A stretch of DNA of 64,000 nucleotides from Chloroflexota bacterium (GCA_027593235.1 JAQCIU010000008.1:32001-96000), one strand, 5' to 3'; counted from the stretch's first letter, positions 1 through 9,192 are shown. Translations and numbers: made by a program. The notes: generated by a model not told the origin, from the sequence alone.

Positions 1-126
1 GAGGTCACGTCCATCACCAGACGTTTGTCCCTTCGTTCACAGACCAATCCGATCAACGTTGAGTACGCAAGAAGTCGATCGGATCGAACAAGCCCGATCG
101 GGTCGAAATGGGAACGGAAGGACCGG

Positions 127-2076
127 ATGAAGCGACTATTGCTGGTTGGACTCACCGCAATCGCGGCGTTGTCGCTCTATGCCTGCACTGGCGGGGATGA
201 CGACAGCGGCGGATTGACTGGATCGGCGCAGGAAATCGCAAAGGACCGCGGCCTCACTGACGCGGACGTTCAAGCCGCCTTGAAGACATTCGTGCCGTCG
301 GGTGGACGCGACGACTACGTCATGTTCGCGTCTGGCGGACACTCCGGTTCGGTCTTCGCGATCGGCATCCCGTCGATGCGTCTGCTGAAGAGCATCGCTG
401 TCTTCACGCCGGAGGCGTGGCAGGGCTACGGCATCGGCGGGTCGGCCACCGAAGCGACCTTGGATGCCGGGAACTTCAATGACACGGAGATCCGCTGGGG
501 TGACACGCACCACCCCGCACTGTCGGAAACTGCCGGCGACTACGACGGCCAGTTTTTGTTCATCAATGACAAGGCCGGCGCCCGCGTCGGGGTAATCGAT
601 TTGAAGGACTTCGAGACGAAGCAGATCGTCAAAAACCCCTTCTCGACGATCGACCACGGCGGCACCTTCGTGACCCCGGACACCGAATGGGTGATCGAGG
701 GCCCGCAGTACGCCCACCCGATCGGTGGCGCCTACGCCCCGTTGGACCAGTACAACGAGGTGTACCGCGGCTACATCATGTTCTGGAAGTTCGACCGGGA
801 GGCTGGCCGCATCGACGAGAGTCGGTCCTTCGGCATGGAGCTCCCGCCGTACTGGCAGGACCTCTGTGACGTCGGCAAGCTCGACTCCGCCGGATGGCTC
901 TTCTGTGGCTCGCTCAACTCCGAGCGCGCGACCGGTGGCATCGAGAGCGGCAACCCGCCCTTCGAGGTTGGCGTCTCCCAGAACGACACGGACTTCCTCC
1001 ACGTGATCAACTGGGAGAAGGCTGCGGAAATCGCCTCAAACGCGGCGAACACCGAGACCTTCAACGGCATGCCCTACATCACCACGGACACCGCCATCGC
1101 TGAAGACCTGCTCTTCCTGGTGCCGGAACCGAAGAGCCCTCACGGTTCGGACGTCACCCCGGATGGCAAGTTCGTGATCGTCTCTGGCAAGTTGGACCCG
1201 ACGATTACGGGCTACTCGTTCGCGAAGATTCAGGCTGCGATCAGTGCCGGCTCCGGTGACCCGGATCCGTACGGCATCCGCATCCTCCCCTTCGACGAGG
1301 TGATGGAAGCACAGATCGAAGTTGGCCTTGGGCCGCTACACACCCAGTTCGCTGGTAACGGCATCGCCTACACCAGCCTCTTCCTGGACAACGCGGTCTC
1401 CAAGTGGCGCTTCGGCGACACCTGGGAGCTGATCTCGACCACGCCCACCCAATACAACGTCGGCCACATCGCGGCCGCCGAGGGTGACACCGTGTCTCCG
1501 GACGGCAACTACCTGGTTTCGCTCAACAAATGGGCCACGGACCGCTTCACCACGGTTGGGCCGCTCTTGCCGCAGAACCTCCAGCTACTCGACATTTCGA
1601 TCGAGACGCCGCAGGTGATCTACGACATGGCCATGGGTGTCGGTGAACCGCACTACGCGCAGATCATCAAGGCCGACAAGCTGCAGGCCTGGGAGGTCTA
1701 CCCGGAGATCGGCTGGGATCCGCACACCGGTGCGGTCGACCCGAACGCTGCGCTCCCTGGACAGGAACGCGTGGAGCGCAACGGCAACAACGTCGAGATC
1801 TGGATGACCGCGATTCGGAGTCACTTCACTCCGGAGAACGTCGAGATCAAGGCTGGTGACAAGGTCACCTGGCACATCACGAACATCGAGCGGGCCTACG
1901 ACGCCACGCACGGGTTCGCGCTGCCGGGACACAACATCACCTTGAGCCTTGAGCCCGGTGAAGCGGCGACATTCGAGTTCGAAGCCAAGAACTCTGGTGT
2001 CTTCAACTTCTACTGCACCGAGTTCTGCTCGGCACTGCACCTGGAGATGATGGGACACCTGCTGATCGAGCCATAG
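127..2076 (+). CDS. nosZ: Sec-dependent (clade II) nitrous oxide reductase, lipoprotein
   Basis: CuZ His motifs WGDTHHP, DHGG, KSPHG, GLGPLH, NVGH, GEPH; CuA motif THGF...YCTEFCSALHLEM; start moved to ATG 127 gives signal [20 protein letters not shown] (lipobox, no twin-Arg). Confidence 0.97.
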   Translation: MKRLLLVGLTAIAALSLYACTGGDDDSGGLTGSAQEIAKDRGLTDADVQAALKTFVPSGGRDDYVMFASGGHSGSVFAIGIPSMRLLKSIAVFTPEAWQGYGIGGSATEATLDAGNFNDTEIRWGDTHHPALSETAGDYDGQFLFINDKAGARVGVIDLKDFETKQIVKNPFSTIDHGGTFVTPDTEWVIEGPQYAHPIGGAYAPLDQYNEVYRGYIMFWKFDREAGRIDESRSFGMELPPYWQDLCDVGKLDSAGWLFCGSLNSERATGGIESGNPPFEVGVSQNDTDFLHVINWEKAAEIASNAANTETFNGMPYITTDTAIAEDLLFLVPEPKSPHGSDVTPDGKFVIVSGKLDPTITGYSFAKIQAAISAGSGDPDPYGIRILPFDEVMEAQIEVGLGPLHTQFAGNGIAYTSLFLDNAVSKWRFGDTWELISTTPTQYNVGHIAAAEGDTVSPDGNYLVSLNKWATDRFTTVGPLLPQNLQLLDISIETPQVIYDMAMGVGEPHYAQIIKADKLQAWEVYPEIGWDPHTGAVDPNAALPGQERVERNGNNVEIWMTAIRSHFTPENVEIKAGDKVTWHITNIERAYDATHGFALPGHNITLSLEPGEAATFEFEAKNSGVFNFYCTEFCSALHLEMMGHLLIEP

Positions 2077-2101
2077 CGAAAGGACCCACGAACAACAGCA
2101 G

Positions 2102-2220
2102 GATTCGACTGCGCTCGAATCGAGGCCTGGGGGCGAGGGCTTCGGCTCTCTCCCCCTCCCACCCATGGTGGGAGCCGGGCCGAGCGCCCCGGAGGCGGAA
2201 CAGCCCCCCGCCTCCGGGGC
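2102..2220 (+). other. Four tandem stem-loops in the nosZ-nosB intergenic region
   Basis: GATTCGA/TCGAATC; GGGGGCGAGGGC-TTCG-GCTCTCTCCCCC; CTCCCACC/GGTGGGAG; perfect 13-bp stem 2186-2198/2208-2220. Confidence 0.6.
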
Positions 2221-2240
2221 CACAGGAAAGAGAGAGCGAT

Positions 2241-2936
2241 ATGGACATGACGGACGTCCGAAGTGGACTCGCCCGCCCACTTGAGGGCCTGCGAACAGCG
2301 GCCGGCACGCTCCGTCGGTCCGCCTGGGCTCCAACCAGACGCTGGATCGCGGTGTACGGGGACCGCTGGTTCCCGATCGCTGCCGCCCTGCTCATCACTG
2401 CATCGATCTTCTTCCCGTACTGGCGCCTGAAGCTCAACGCACCGCAGTACCCGCGGGGCCTGGAGGCGAGCATCGGGATCCGCGACGTCGCCGGTGATGT
2501 CAGCGAAATCGACGGCCTCAACCACTACATAGGCATGCGCCCGCTCGCCGAGGGCGGGAAGCTGGAACTCAGCATCTCCATCTACGCCATTCCCGCGATG
2601 GCCGGCCTTGCCGCACTTGCCGCGATCCGCCGGCGTCGGTTCTGGCTCTTCGCGCTTCCGGCCATCGCCTACCCGGTGGTCTTCACCGCGGATCTCTACT
2701 ACTGGTTGTATGACTTCGGACACACTCTTGATCCAACTGCGGCACTCTCGAACGCCTTCGATGAATTCACACCCACCCTCATCGGACCGGGTCGCGTCGG
2801 CCAATTCACCACGTTCTCCTTCTACGAGATCGGCTTTGGCATGGCCTTCCTCGGTTCGGTGCTCCTCGTCATCTCCACTGTCGTGCGCGTTCGACGCGAG
2901 CGCGCCGCCGACCGTCTCACCATGGCAGGCGCCTGA
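2241..2936 (+). CDS. nosB: NosB-like membrane protein of clade II nos clusters
   Basis: About four hydrophobic segments, motif PYWRLKLNAPQYPRGL...EIDGLNHYIGM, directly downstream of nosZ. Confidence 0.75.
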   Translation: MDMTDVRSGLARPLEGLRTAAGTLRRSAWAPTRRWIAVYGDRWFPIAAALLITASIFFPYWRLKLNAPQYPRGLEASIGIRDVAGDVSEIDGLNHYIGMRPLAEGGKLELSISIYAIPAMAGLAALAAIRRRRFWLFALPAIAYPVVFTADLYYWLYDFGHTLDPTAALSNAFDEFTPTLIGPGRVGQFTTFSFYEIGFGMAFLGSVLLVISTVVRVRRERAADRLTMAGA

Positions 2937-2938
2937 CC

Positions 2939-4675
2939 GTGATCGCCGCGCTCGTCGCGGTCATCCTGCTCGTCTCAGCTGACGGGCCCTACACCTCGAT
3001 CCCCGAGGCGCTGGCCGTTGCCCAGCCCGGCGACACGATCCTCGTTCACGGCGGCGTGCACCCCGCGCTGCTGATCGACAAGTCCGTCACGATCCGCGGC
3101 GAAGCCGGCGCCGTCATCGATGGCGGCGGTCTTGGCGACGTCGTGACGATCGACGCGCCCGATGTCACCCTCGAGGGCTTCGAACTCCGCCGTTCCGGGC
3201 GCGTGCTCTACCAGGAGCACGCCGGCGTCACCGTGCTACAGCCACGCGTCACCGTCCGCGACAACGACATCCACGACGTACTGTTCGGCGTGTTCGTGAA
3301 GCGCGGAGACCACGCGCTGATCCAGGGCAACCACGTCACCGGTTACGACTACCTGGATGTCCACTCGCGCGGCGATGGGTTGCGCGCCTGGTACAGCGTC
3401 GGCGCCCGCTTCATCGAGAATCGCGTTGAACGCACCAGGGATGTGATCCTCTGGTTCTCCAACGACGCCGTGGTCAAGGACAACGTCATCTCCGATGGGC
3501 GCTACGGCCTCCACTTTATGTACGACGACGGCATGGTCGTCAGCGGGAACCACGTCCACGACAACTCCGTCGGCATGTTCCTCATGTACTCGTCGAATGT
3601 CGCGGTGCGCGACAACTTGATCACGGACAACTCCGGGCCCAGCGGGTACGGCATCGGCCTCAAAGAGGTCGCCAACCTGGACGTCACCGGCAACGTCTTG
3701 CTGCGCAATCGCATCGGAGTCTCGTTCGACACTGTCCCGCATGGGCAGGACGCGTTCGCGACATTCACGGGCAACCTCGTCGCGTTCAACCTCGCCGGCA
3801 TGTCCTTCCAGCCCGACACGAAGCGCGTCGAACTGCTGACCAATAGCTTCGACCGCAATGGCACGCAAATCGAAATCCGTGGCGGTGGCGATCTTGCTGG
3901 GAACGTCTGGAACGCAGACCGTGGCAACTACTGGAGCGACTACGTCGGCTACGACGCGGATCGCGACGGCATCGGCGACCTCGCCTACGAGCCGCAGTCG
4001 CTCTTTGAATCGTTGCGTGACGAGGATCCCGTCCTCGCGCTCTTCAACTTCAGCCCCGCGGCACTCGCCGTAGACTTCGCCGCCCGCGCCGTCCCGAACC
4101 TCCGGCCCAGTCCCAAGGTGGTGGACGCCGCCCCGCTCACCGATAACCTCGCTCCACCCTGGTTCGAAGCCGGACGGAGCGCTCGCCTGCCGCTGGCGAC
4201 CGTGACCATCGTGTTGCTCACACTTGGCGTTGTGGTCACCCGCGGTATGTCGCGCGGATTCGAGGCCGGCACGACGCGTGCACGAGATGAGGATGCTTCG
4301 ATGGCGATGGATGACGTGAGCGCCATCCTCAGCGCGCGCGGGCTCACCAAACGCTACGGCGATCGCACCGTTCTCAACGCCCTCGATCTCACCGTCCGGC
4401 GTGGTGAAGCGGTCGCGCTCTGGGGTGGCAACGGCGCCGGCAAGACCACCGCCATCCGCTGCATCGTCGGCGTCGTTCGCCATGACGGTGATGTCTACGT
4501 CGATGGCGCCCACCTCGCCGAGGAGCCGCGCGCCGTCCGCCGTGCAATCGGTTACGTCCCCCAGGATCAGCAGCTCACCGATCTGCCGGCTCGCGAGCTG
4601 CTCTCCTTCTTCGGCGCGCTTCGCGGCGTCCCCGCTGACGAGGTGGGTGCAACCGCGATCCTCGTCGGCATCTAG
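2939..4675 (+). CDS. nosD: NosD beta-helix maturation protein fused in frame via a TM helix to the N-terminal part of NosF
   Basis: Beta-helix repeats, RYGLHFMY, GNYWSDYVGYDADRDGIGD; hydrophobic LPLATVTIVLLTLGVVVT; then Walker A GGNGAGKTT and Q-loop GYVPQ; ORF stops at TAG 4673-4675. Confidence 0.9.
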   Translation: MIAALVAVILLVSADGPYTSIPEALAVAQPGDTILVHGGVHPALLIDKSVTIRGEAGAVIDGGGLGDVVTIDAPDVTLEGFELRRSGRVLYQEHAGVTVLQPRVTVRDNDIHDVLFGVFVKRGDHALIQGNHVTGYDYLDVHSRGDGLRAWYSVGARFIENRVERTRDVILWFSNDAVVKDNVISDGRYGLHFMYDDGMVVSGNHVHDNSVGMFLMYSSNVAVRDNLITDNSGPSGYGIGLKEVANLDVTGNVLLRNRIGVSFDTVPHGQDAFATFTGNLVAFNLAGMSFQPDTKRVELLTNSFDRNGTQIEIRGGGDLAGNVWNADRGNYWSDYVGYDADRDGIGDLAYEPQSLFESLRDEDPVLALFNFSPAALAVDFAARAVPNLRPSPKVVDAAPLTDNLAPPWFEAGRSARLPLATVTIVLLTLGVVVTRGMSRGFEAGTTRARDEDASMAMDDVSAILSARGLTKRYGDRTVLNALDLTVRRGEAVALWGGNGAGKTTAIRCIVGVVRHDGDVYVDGAHLAEEPRAVRRAIGYVPQDQQLTDLPARELLSFFGALRGVPADEVGATAILVGI

Positions 4676-5179
4676 GATCACCTGCAGAAGCGCCCAAACG
4701 AACTCTCCGGCGGGCTCCGCCAGCGGCTCGCGCTGGCCATCGCCCTCCTCGGCGATCCGCCGCTCCTGCTCCTCGACGAACCGACCGCCAACCTCGACGC
4801 CGCGACACGCGAATCGATCTTCGCGCTGCTGGACGCGAAGCGAAGCCGCGGCACCACCGTCGTCTTCACGACCCACCGCGCGGACGAGGTGATCGCCTTC
4901 GCCGATCGCGTCATCACGCTGCAAGACGGTCGCGTCATCGCGGAGGAGGCCGCGGACGCCTTCGCCCGCAACCTGGACGGTGCGACCAACAACCTGCTGA
5001 TCCGCGTCGCCGAGGACGATGTCACCCGCGCGCACGCGCTGCTGGCGGCGGCGGGGCTCAACGTCACCGCTCGCGCCGGCTGGCTCACCGTCCGCGACGC
5101 ATCCCCCGATCGGCCGCTCCACGTCCTCTTCATCGAGGGCATCGCCGTCCTCGAGTCAGCAATCGGGAGCCAACGATGA
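4301..5179 (+). pseudogene. nosF: NosF ABC ATPase domain interrupted by an in-frame TAG at 4673-4675
   Basis: The same frame continues after the stop: DHLQKRPNELSGGLRQRLALAIALLGDPPLLLLDEPTANLD...FTTH (signature, Walker B, H-loop) to TGA 5179, overlapping the nosY ATG. Confidence 0.85.
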
Positions 5180-6003
5180 GCCCGCATACGGTCGGCCTGA
5201 TCGCCCGCCTGGAGTTCCAGGCAGCGCTCCGCAACTGGTGGCTCGTCCTTTACGCCGCCATCTTCACCGTCCTCGCTGGTGGCGTGTCCTATCTCTCCGC
5301 CGGCGGACTCTCCGGCCTCGAGGCCGGTCAATTCGGGCGCACCGCCGCCGCGCTCACCAACGTCGTGCTGCTCGTCGTCCCGCTCTTCGGCCTGATCGCG
5401 GGCGCCATCTCACTCGCCGCGGATCGGGAACGTGGGCTCCTCGCCTACTACCTGGCGCAACCGATCTCCGCGGCGGAGCTGTTCTGGGGCAAATACCTCG
5501 GAACCGCCGCGGCGCTTCTCGTGGGGCTCGCTGTCGGCTTCGCGGCGGCCGCGCTCGCACTCGCCCGAGGTGGGGCGCTCGATGCCATCGACCTCGTGTG
5601 GCTGATCGCGCTCTCCGCGCTGCTGATGCTCGCGGCGTACTCGGTCGGGACCCTGATTTCCGTGCTCTCGCGCCGCAGCGCCATGGCCCTCGGCGTTGCC
5701 GTCTTCGCCTGGGTCACATTGCTCTTCCTCGGCGACCTGGGCCTGATGGCTACGGTCGTCGCGACACGCCTCGATCTCCGGATCGTCATCGGTATCGCGC
5801 TGCTCAACCCGGCCGAGGCCTTCAAGATCGCCAGCATCGATCAGGTCGGCAGCTCGCTCGACGCGCTCGGCCCCGCTGGCAACTACCTCGTCACCAACCT
5901 CGGGCGTGGACTGCGCCCGCTGCTCCTCGCGCTGCTCGCCTCCTGGATCGTGATCCCCTCGCTGCTCGCGATGCTGCGCTTTGAGCGCGACGACGCGATC
6001 TAA
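5176..6003 (+). CDS. nosY: NosY-type ABC-2 permease
   Basis: Multi-TM protein with ADRERGLLAYYLAQP and LLNPAEAFK motifs; ATGA overlap with nosF. Confidence 0.88.
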   Translation: MSPHTVGLIARLEFQAALRNWWLVLYAAIFTVLAGGVSYLSAGGLSGLEAGQFGRTAAALTNVVLLVVPLFGLIAGAISLAADRERGLLAYYLAQPISAAELFWGKYLGTAAALLVGLAVGFAAAALALARGGALDAIDLVWLIALSALLMLAAYSVGTLISVLSRRSAMALGVAVFAWVTLLFLGDLGLMATVVATRLDLRIVIGIALLNPAEAFKIASIDQVGSSLDALGPAGNYLVTNLGRGLRPLLLALLASWIVIPSLLAMLRFERDDAI

Positions 6004-6016
6004 GGTGGCCCGAACG

Positions 6017-6442
6017 ATGCGCGCCATCGCTGTCACCTGTGCCCTCGTGGTTCTGATGTCGCTGACCGCCGCCTGCAACGACGAGGCGCTGAACGAGTTT
6101 GGCGCCGCCGGCGCCGGTCAATCCTCGGTCACCGTTCAGCTCTACGACGGGTGGATCGGCAGCCCGGAAACGGATCAGGCGATCGGACCGGGGCTCCCGC
6201 TCCAGGTCACACTCCACCCCCACAACGACGTCACGATCCACGTCATCAACATGGGCGCCGCAGTCCACGCATTCGCCCTCTACGCCGACGAGGCCGGTAC
6301 CGAGCTCCTGGTGCAATCGCAGGCGCTGCCGCCCGGGGCGACCGAGGAATTACGGTTCCACTTTCACGACGCGCAGATCGCCTACTTCTTCGATGACGGC
6401 CATCGCAAGGACATGCGGGGAGAGTTCCATGTCTACGAGTAA
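6017..6442 (+). CDS. Cupredoxin-fold lipoprotein lacking the type 1 Cys
   Basis: Lipobox LTAAC; VINMGAAVHAF, LPPGATEELRF, C-terminal YFFDDGHRKDMRGEF. Confidence 0.65.
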   Translation: MRAIAVTCALVVLMSLTAACNDEALNEFGAAGAGQSSVTVQLYDGWIGSPETDQAIGPGLPLQVTLHPHNDVTIHVINMGAAVHAFALYADEAGTELLVQSQALPPGATEELRFHFHDAQIAYFFDDGHRKDMRGEFHVYE

Positions 6443-7067
6443 CGTCGACTGGCTTCGGTGGACGACGATCGCGGTGTTCGTGGTCGCAATCGCCATGGCT
6501 GCAGTCATCGCCTGGGATCGCCTGGGGGGGACGTCCGCGGACCCGCACATCTTCGCCAGCGTGGTCTACGACCCGGCCGAAACCATGCCGGACTTCACGC
6601 TGACCGCTCAGGACGGCACGCCATTCACGCTCAGCGAGCAGCGCGGCGAAGTCGTCGCCCTCTATTTCGGCTACACCCACTGCCCCGATGTCTGCCCGCT
6701 CACCCTCAGCAACCTCGCCCGCGTCCGCAACGGCCTGCCCGAGGACCTCCGCGAGGACCTCCAAGTCGTCATGGTCACAGTCGATCCCACCCGCGACACC
6801 GTCGAGGTGATGGCCGACTACGTCCCGGTCTTCGACGCCAGCTTCATCGGCATCAGCGGTACGCCGGCGGAGGTGGAGCGGGTCCTCGGCAGCTGGCGCA
6901 TCCCCGTCGAACTGGGCGAACCGGACGCCGCGGGCAACTACGCCGTCGGGCACCCCGCCTACACGTTGATCCTCGATCGTGAGGGTCGGCGCCTGCTCAA
7001 GATGAACCAGATCATCACCTTCGAGCAGATGGCGGCGGACCTGCGCGCGGTCCTCGAACAGAGCTAG
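6429..7067 (+). CDS. SCO1/SenC family copper chaperone
   Basis: N-terminal TM, YFGYTHCPDVCP, VTVDPTRDT, YAVGH. Confidence 0.93.
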   Translation: MSTSNVDWLRWTTIAVFVVAIAMAAVIAWDRLGGTSADPHIFASVVYDPAETMPDFTLTAQDGTPFTLSEQRGEVVALYFGYTHCPDVCPLTLSNLARVRNGLPEDLREDLQVVMVTVDPTRDTVEVMADYVPVFDASFIGISGTPAEVERVLGSWRIPVELGEPDAAGNYAVGHPAYTLILDREGRRLLKMNQIITFEQMAADLRAVLEQS

Positions 7068-7127
7068 CGGCAGCGGGCTCCCTCGCTTGCCCATCACGCG
7101 AATCGCACGCCGCTTCCGACACGCAAA

Positions 7128-7153
7128 GACGCCGGCCCTCTCGGGCCGGCGTC
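7128..7153. terminator. Hairpin between convergent SCO and cytochrome c genes
   Basis: GACGCCGGCCC-TCTC-GGGCCGGCGTC, short T run on the minus strand. Confidence 0.6.
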
Positions 7154-7179
7154 GCCGATTCCACGCGGAATCTGTTGAG

Positions 7180-7602
7180 CTACGGCGCCGTGCGAATGAA
7201 CTGGACCAATGCGTCGATCTCCGCCGTGCTCAGCCCCGTGTCGCTCCAGGCCGGCATCACCGTCCCGGCCCGCCCGTTTGTGATCGTGTCGCGGTAGAAG
7301 TCATCGCTCTCCGTCAGCACGTCAGGAGTCAGCGGGAGCCCGAGCCCCGTGATCACTTGCCGATCCGCACCGTGGCACGCCGAGCAGTTCAGCGTGTAGA
7401 ACTCCTGGGCGGTCTTTCCGCCAAAGAGCACTCCATCATCACCGCCGCCGGCCGTCTCCGTTGCCGCAGCCGTGGCCGCGGTGGTCTCGGTCGCCGCGGC
7501 AGTGGCATCGCCGTCGTCGTCGCCGCCACCGCAGGCCGCAAACGCCACCGTACCGATCACCGCCAGCCCCACGACTGCAATCTTCACGCTCGGGAACCGC
7601 AT
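7180..7602 (-). CDS. Monoheme cytochrome c lipoprotein
   Basis: Lipobox FAAC, Ala/Thr linker, CSACH heme motif, axial Met in GTVMPAW; RBS AAAGGAG upstream of ATG 7602. Confidence 0.9.
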   Translation of the reverse strand: MRFPSVKIAVVGLAVIGTVAFAACGGGDDDGDATAAATETTAATAAATETAGGGDDGVLFGGKTAQEFYTLNCSACHGADRQVITGLGLPLTPDVLTESDDFYRDTITNGRAGTVMPAWSDTGLSTAEIDALVQFIRTAP

Positions 7603-7635
7603 CGATCTGCTCCTTTTGTATCTCGCACGATCGTC

Positions 7636-7695
7636 GGTCCAATCGTCCCCTCGATCTATGGACCAAATGGACCTCCTCCTCGGGACCTTCGCCCC
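7636..7695. promoter_or_regulatory. Putative DosR/NarL-type operator boxes
   Basis: GGGAC-N4-GTCCC-like 14-mers at 7636-7649 and 7682-7695; a related site at 18-31 upstream of nosZ. Confidence 0.35.
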
Positions 7696-7785
7696 TCCCG
7701 GCTGCTCGGCGATCGCGCCTCGACCCGCGTTAACAAGCAGCCAACGAAACAGCGCCAGAGTGGTTGAAGGAACCGAAGGGGTCGC

Positions 7786-8469
7786 ATGGCAAGCATCCTC
7801 GTCGTCGAAGATGACCCCACGATCCGCGATGTCGTGGTCTATCAACTCCAGGCGGCCGGCCACGATCTCCACACCGCCGACGACGGCGTCGACGCCGTCG
7901 ATCAGTTCCGCGCGAACAAGCCCGACCTGGTCATCCTCGATCTGATGCTTCCCCGACTTCCCGGCCTCGACGTGTTGCGCATTCTGCGTCGGGAGTCGAC
8001 CGCGCCGGTGATCGTGACCAGCGCGCGCACACGAGAGGCGGACAAGCTCGCGGGCTTCGAACTGGGCGCGGATGACTACGTGACCAAGCCATTCGGCATC
8101 CGCGAGTTACTCGCCCGCGTAGAGGCCAACCTCAAGCGGACCTTGCCGCCACGCAGAACCGGCGAGCGAGCGCCATCGTCGATCGACGTCGATGACGGCA
8201 GCCACACCGTGAGGCGCCACGGCGAGCGGGTCGCGCTCACACCGAAAGAGTTCGAATTACTCAGCTTCCTGGTGCGGCACCCGAACCAGGTCTGCTCCCG
8301 GGACCTGATCTTGGAATCCGCCTGGGGCTATGCCTACCCGGGCGAGACCCGCACCGTCGATGTGCACATGCACTGGCTCCGCCAGAAGCTGGAGGACAAC
8401 CCTGTCAGCCCGGCGCACCTGATCACGGTCCGCAACTACGGATACATGTTCGTTCCGGACCCCGCGTGA
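7786..8469 (+). CDS. OmpR/PhoB family response regulator, no adjacent kinase
   Basis: ILVVEDD, LVILDLMLP, GADDYVTKPF, winged helix LTPKEFELL...RTVDVH. Confidence 0.95.
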   Translation: MASILVVEDDPTIRDVVVYQLQAAGHDLHTADDGVDAVDQFRANKPDLVILDLMLPRLPGLDVLRILRRESTAPVIVTSARTREADKLAGFELGADDYVTKPFGIRELLARVEANLKRTLPPRRTGERAPSSIDVDDGSHTVRRHGERVALTPKEFELLSFLVRHPNQVCSRDLILESAWGYAYPGETRTVDVHMHWLRQKLEDNPVSPAHLITVRNYGYMFVPDPA

Positions 8470-8698
8470 TGATCGATCCGAGCGATGCATTTCGTTTGTT
8501 CGGATCAGCGCTGGTGGCTTGTGCGGCGATCGACTTCGTCGGGTACGATGGTTTCAACGGATCGAGAGATCTGTTACCTCAGTTCCACTCCCGGGTCGTC
8601 TCATCCGAACACCACGTCGAGCAGCTGAGCATCAAGCGTTTGCCGCAAGTGCGGCGGACAAAGTAGCCGGCTATGTGCCGGCGTGGAGTTCAAGTTTT

Positions 8699-9055
8699 AT
8701 GTCCCAGAGAATCTACGTGGGGAACTTCCCCTACTCGGCCACTGAAGAAGAGGTCGAGAAGCTGTTCGGTCAGTACGGCGAGGTCATCTCGTGCGCGCTG
8801 CCGACCGACCGCGAGACCGGTCGCCCGCGCGGCTTCGGTTTCGTTGAAATGTCCAACGAGGATGCCGCGAAGGCCATCCAGGCCCTGGACGGCACCGACT
8901 TCGGTGGCCGCTCCCTGGCCGTTTCCGAGGCTCGCCCCCGTGAAGACCGTGGCGGTTCCCGCGGCGGCGGCGGTGGTGGTGGCTACGGCGGCGGCGGCGG
9001 TGGTGGTGGTTACGGCGGCGGCGGCGGCGGTGGTGGTCGCGACCGCCGTTACTAG
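8699..9055 (+). CDS. RRM RNA-binding protein with Gly-rich tail
   Basis: RNP2 IYVGNF, RNP1 RGFGFVEM, GGGGGGGY repeats. Confidence 0.95.
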   Translation: MSQRIYVGNFPYSATEEEVEKLFGQYGEVISCALPTDRETGRPRGFGFVEMSNEDAAKAIQALDGTDFGGRSLAVSEARPREDRGGSRGGGGGGGYGGGGGGGGYGGGGGGGGRDRRY

Positions 9056-9164
9056 GCCCGCAGGGGCGTAGCCCCAGCACACGCACCCCTTCCGATCACG
9101 CCGAGCGTGGCATTCGCCACATCAGGATGGCTTCGGCACCAACGATCGACCGAGGATTGCAACG

Positions 9165-9192
9165 ACAGAGCCCGGCTTCGGCCGGGCTCTGT
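9165..9192 (+). terminator. Intrinsic terminator-like hairpin
   Basis: ACAGAGCCCGGC-TTCG-GCCGGGCTCTGT, 12-bp stem with a cUUCGg loop, between the convergent RRM gene and tRNA. Confidence 0.7.

Noticed and set aside
8960-9040. GGC/GGT repeat tract as a possible array
   Set aside because: It encodes the Gly-rich tail of the RRM protein; there are no spacers.
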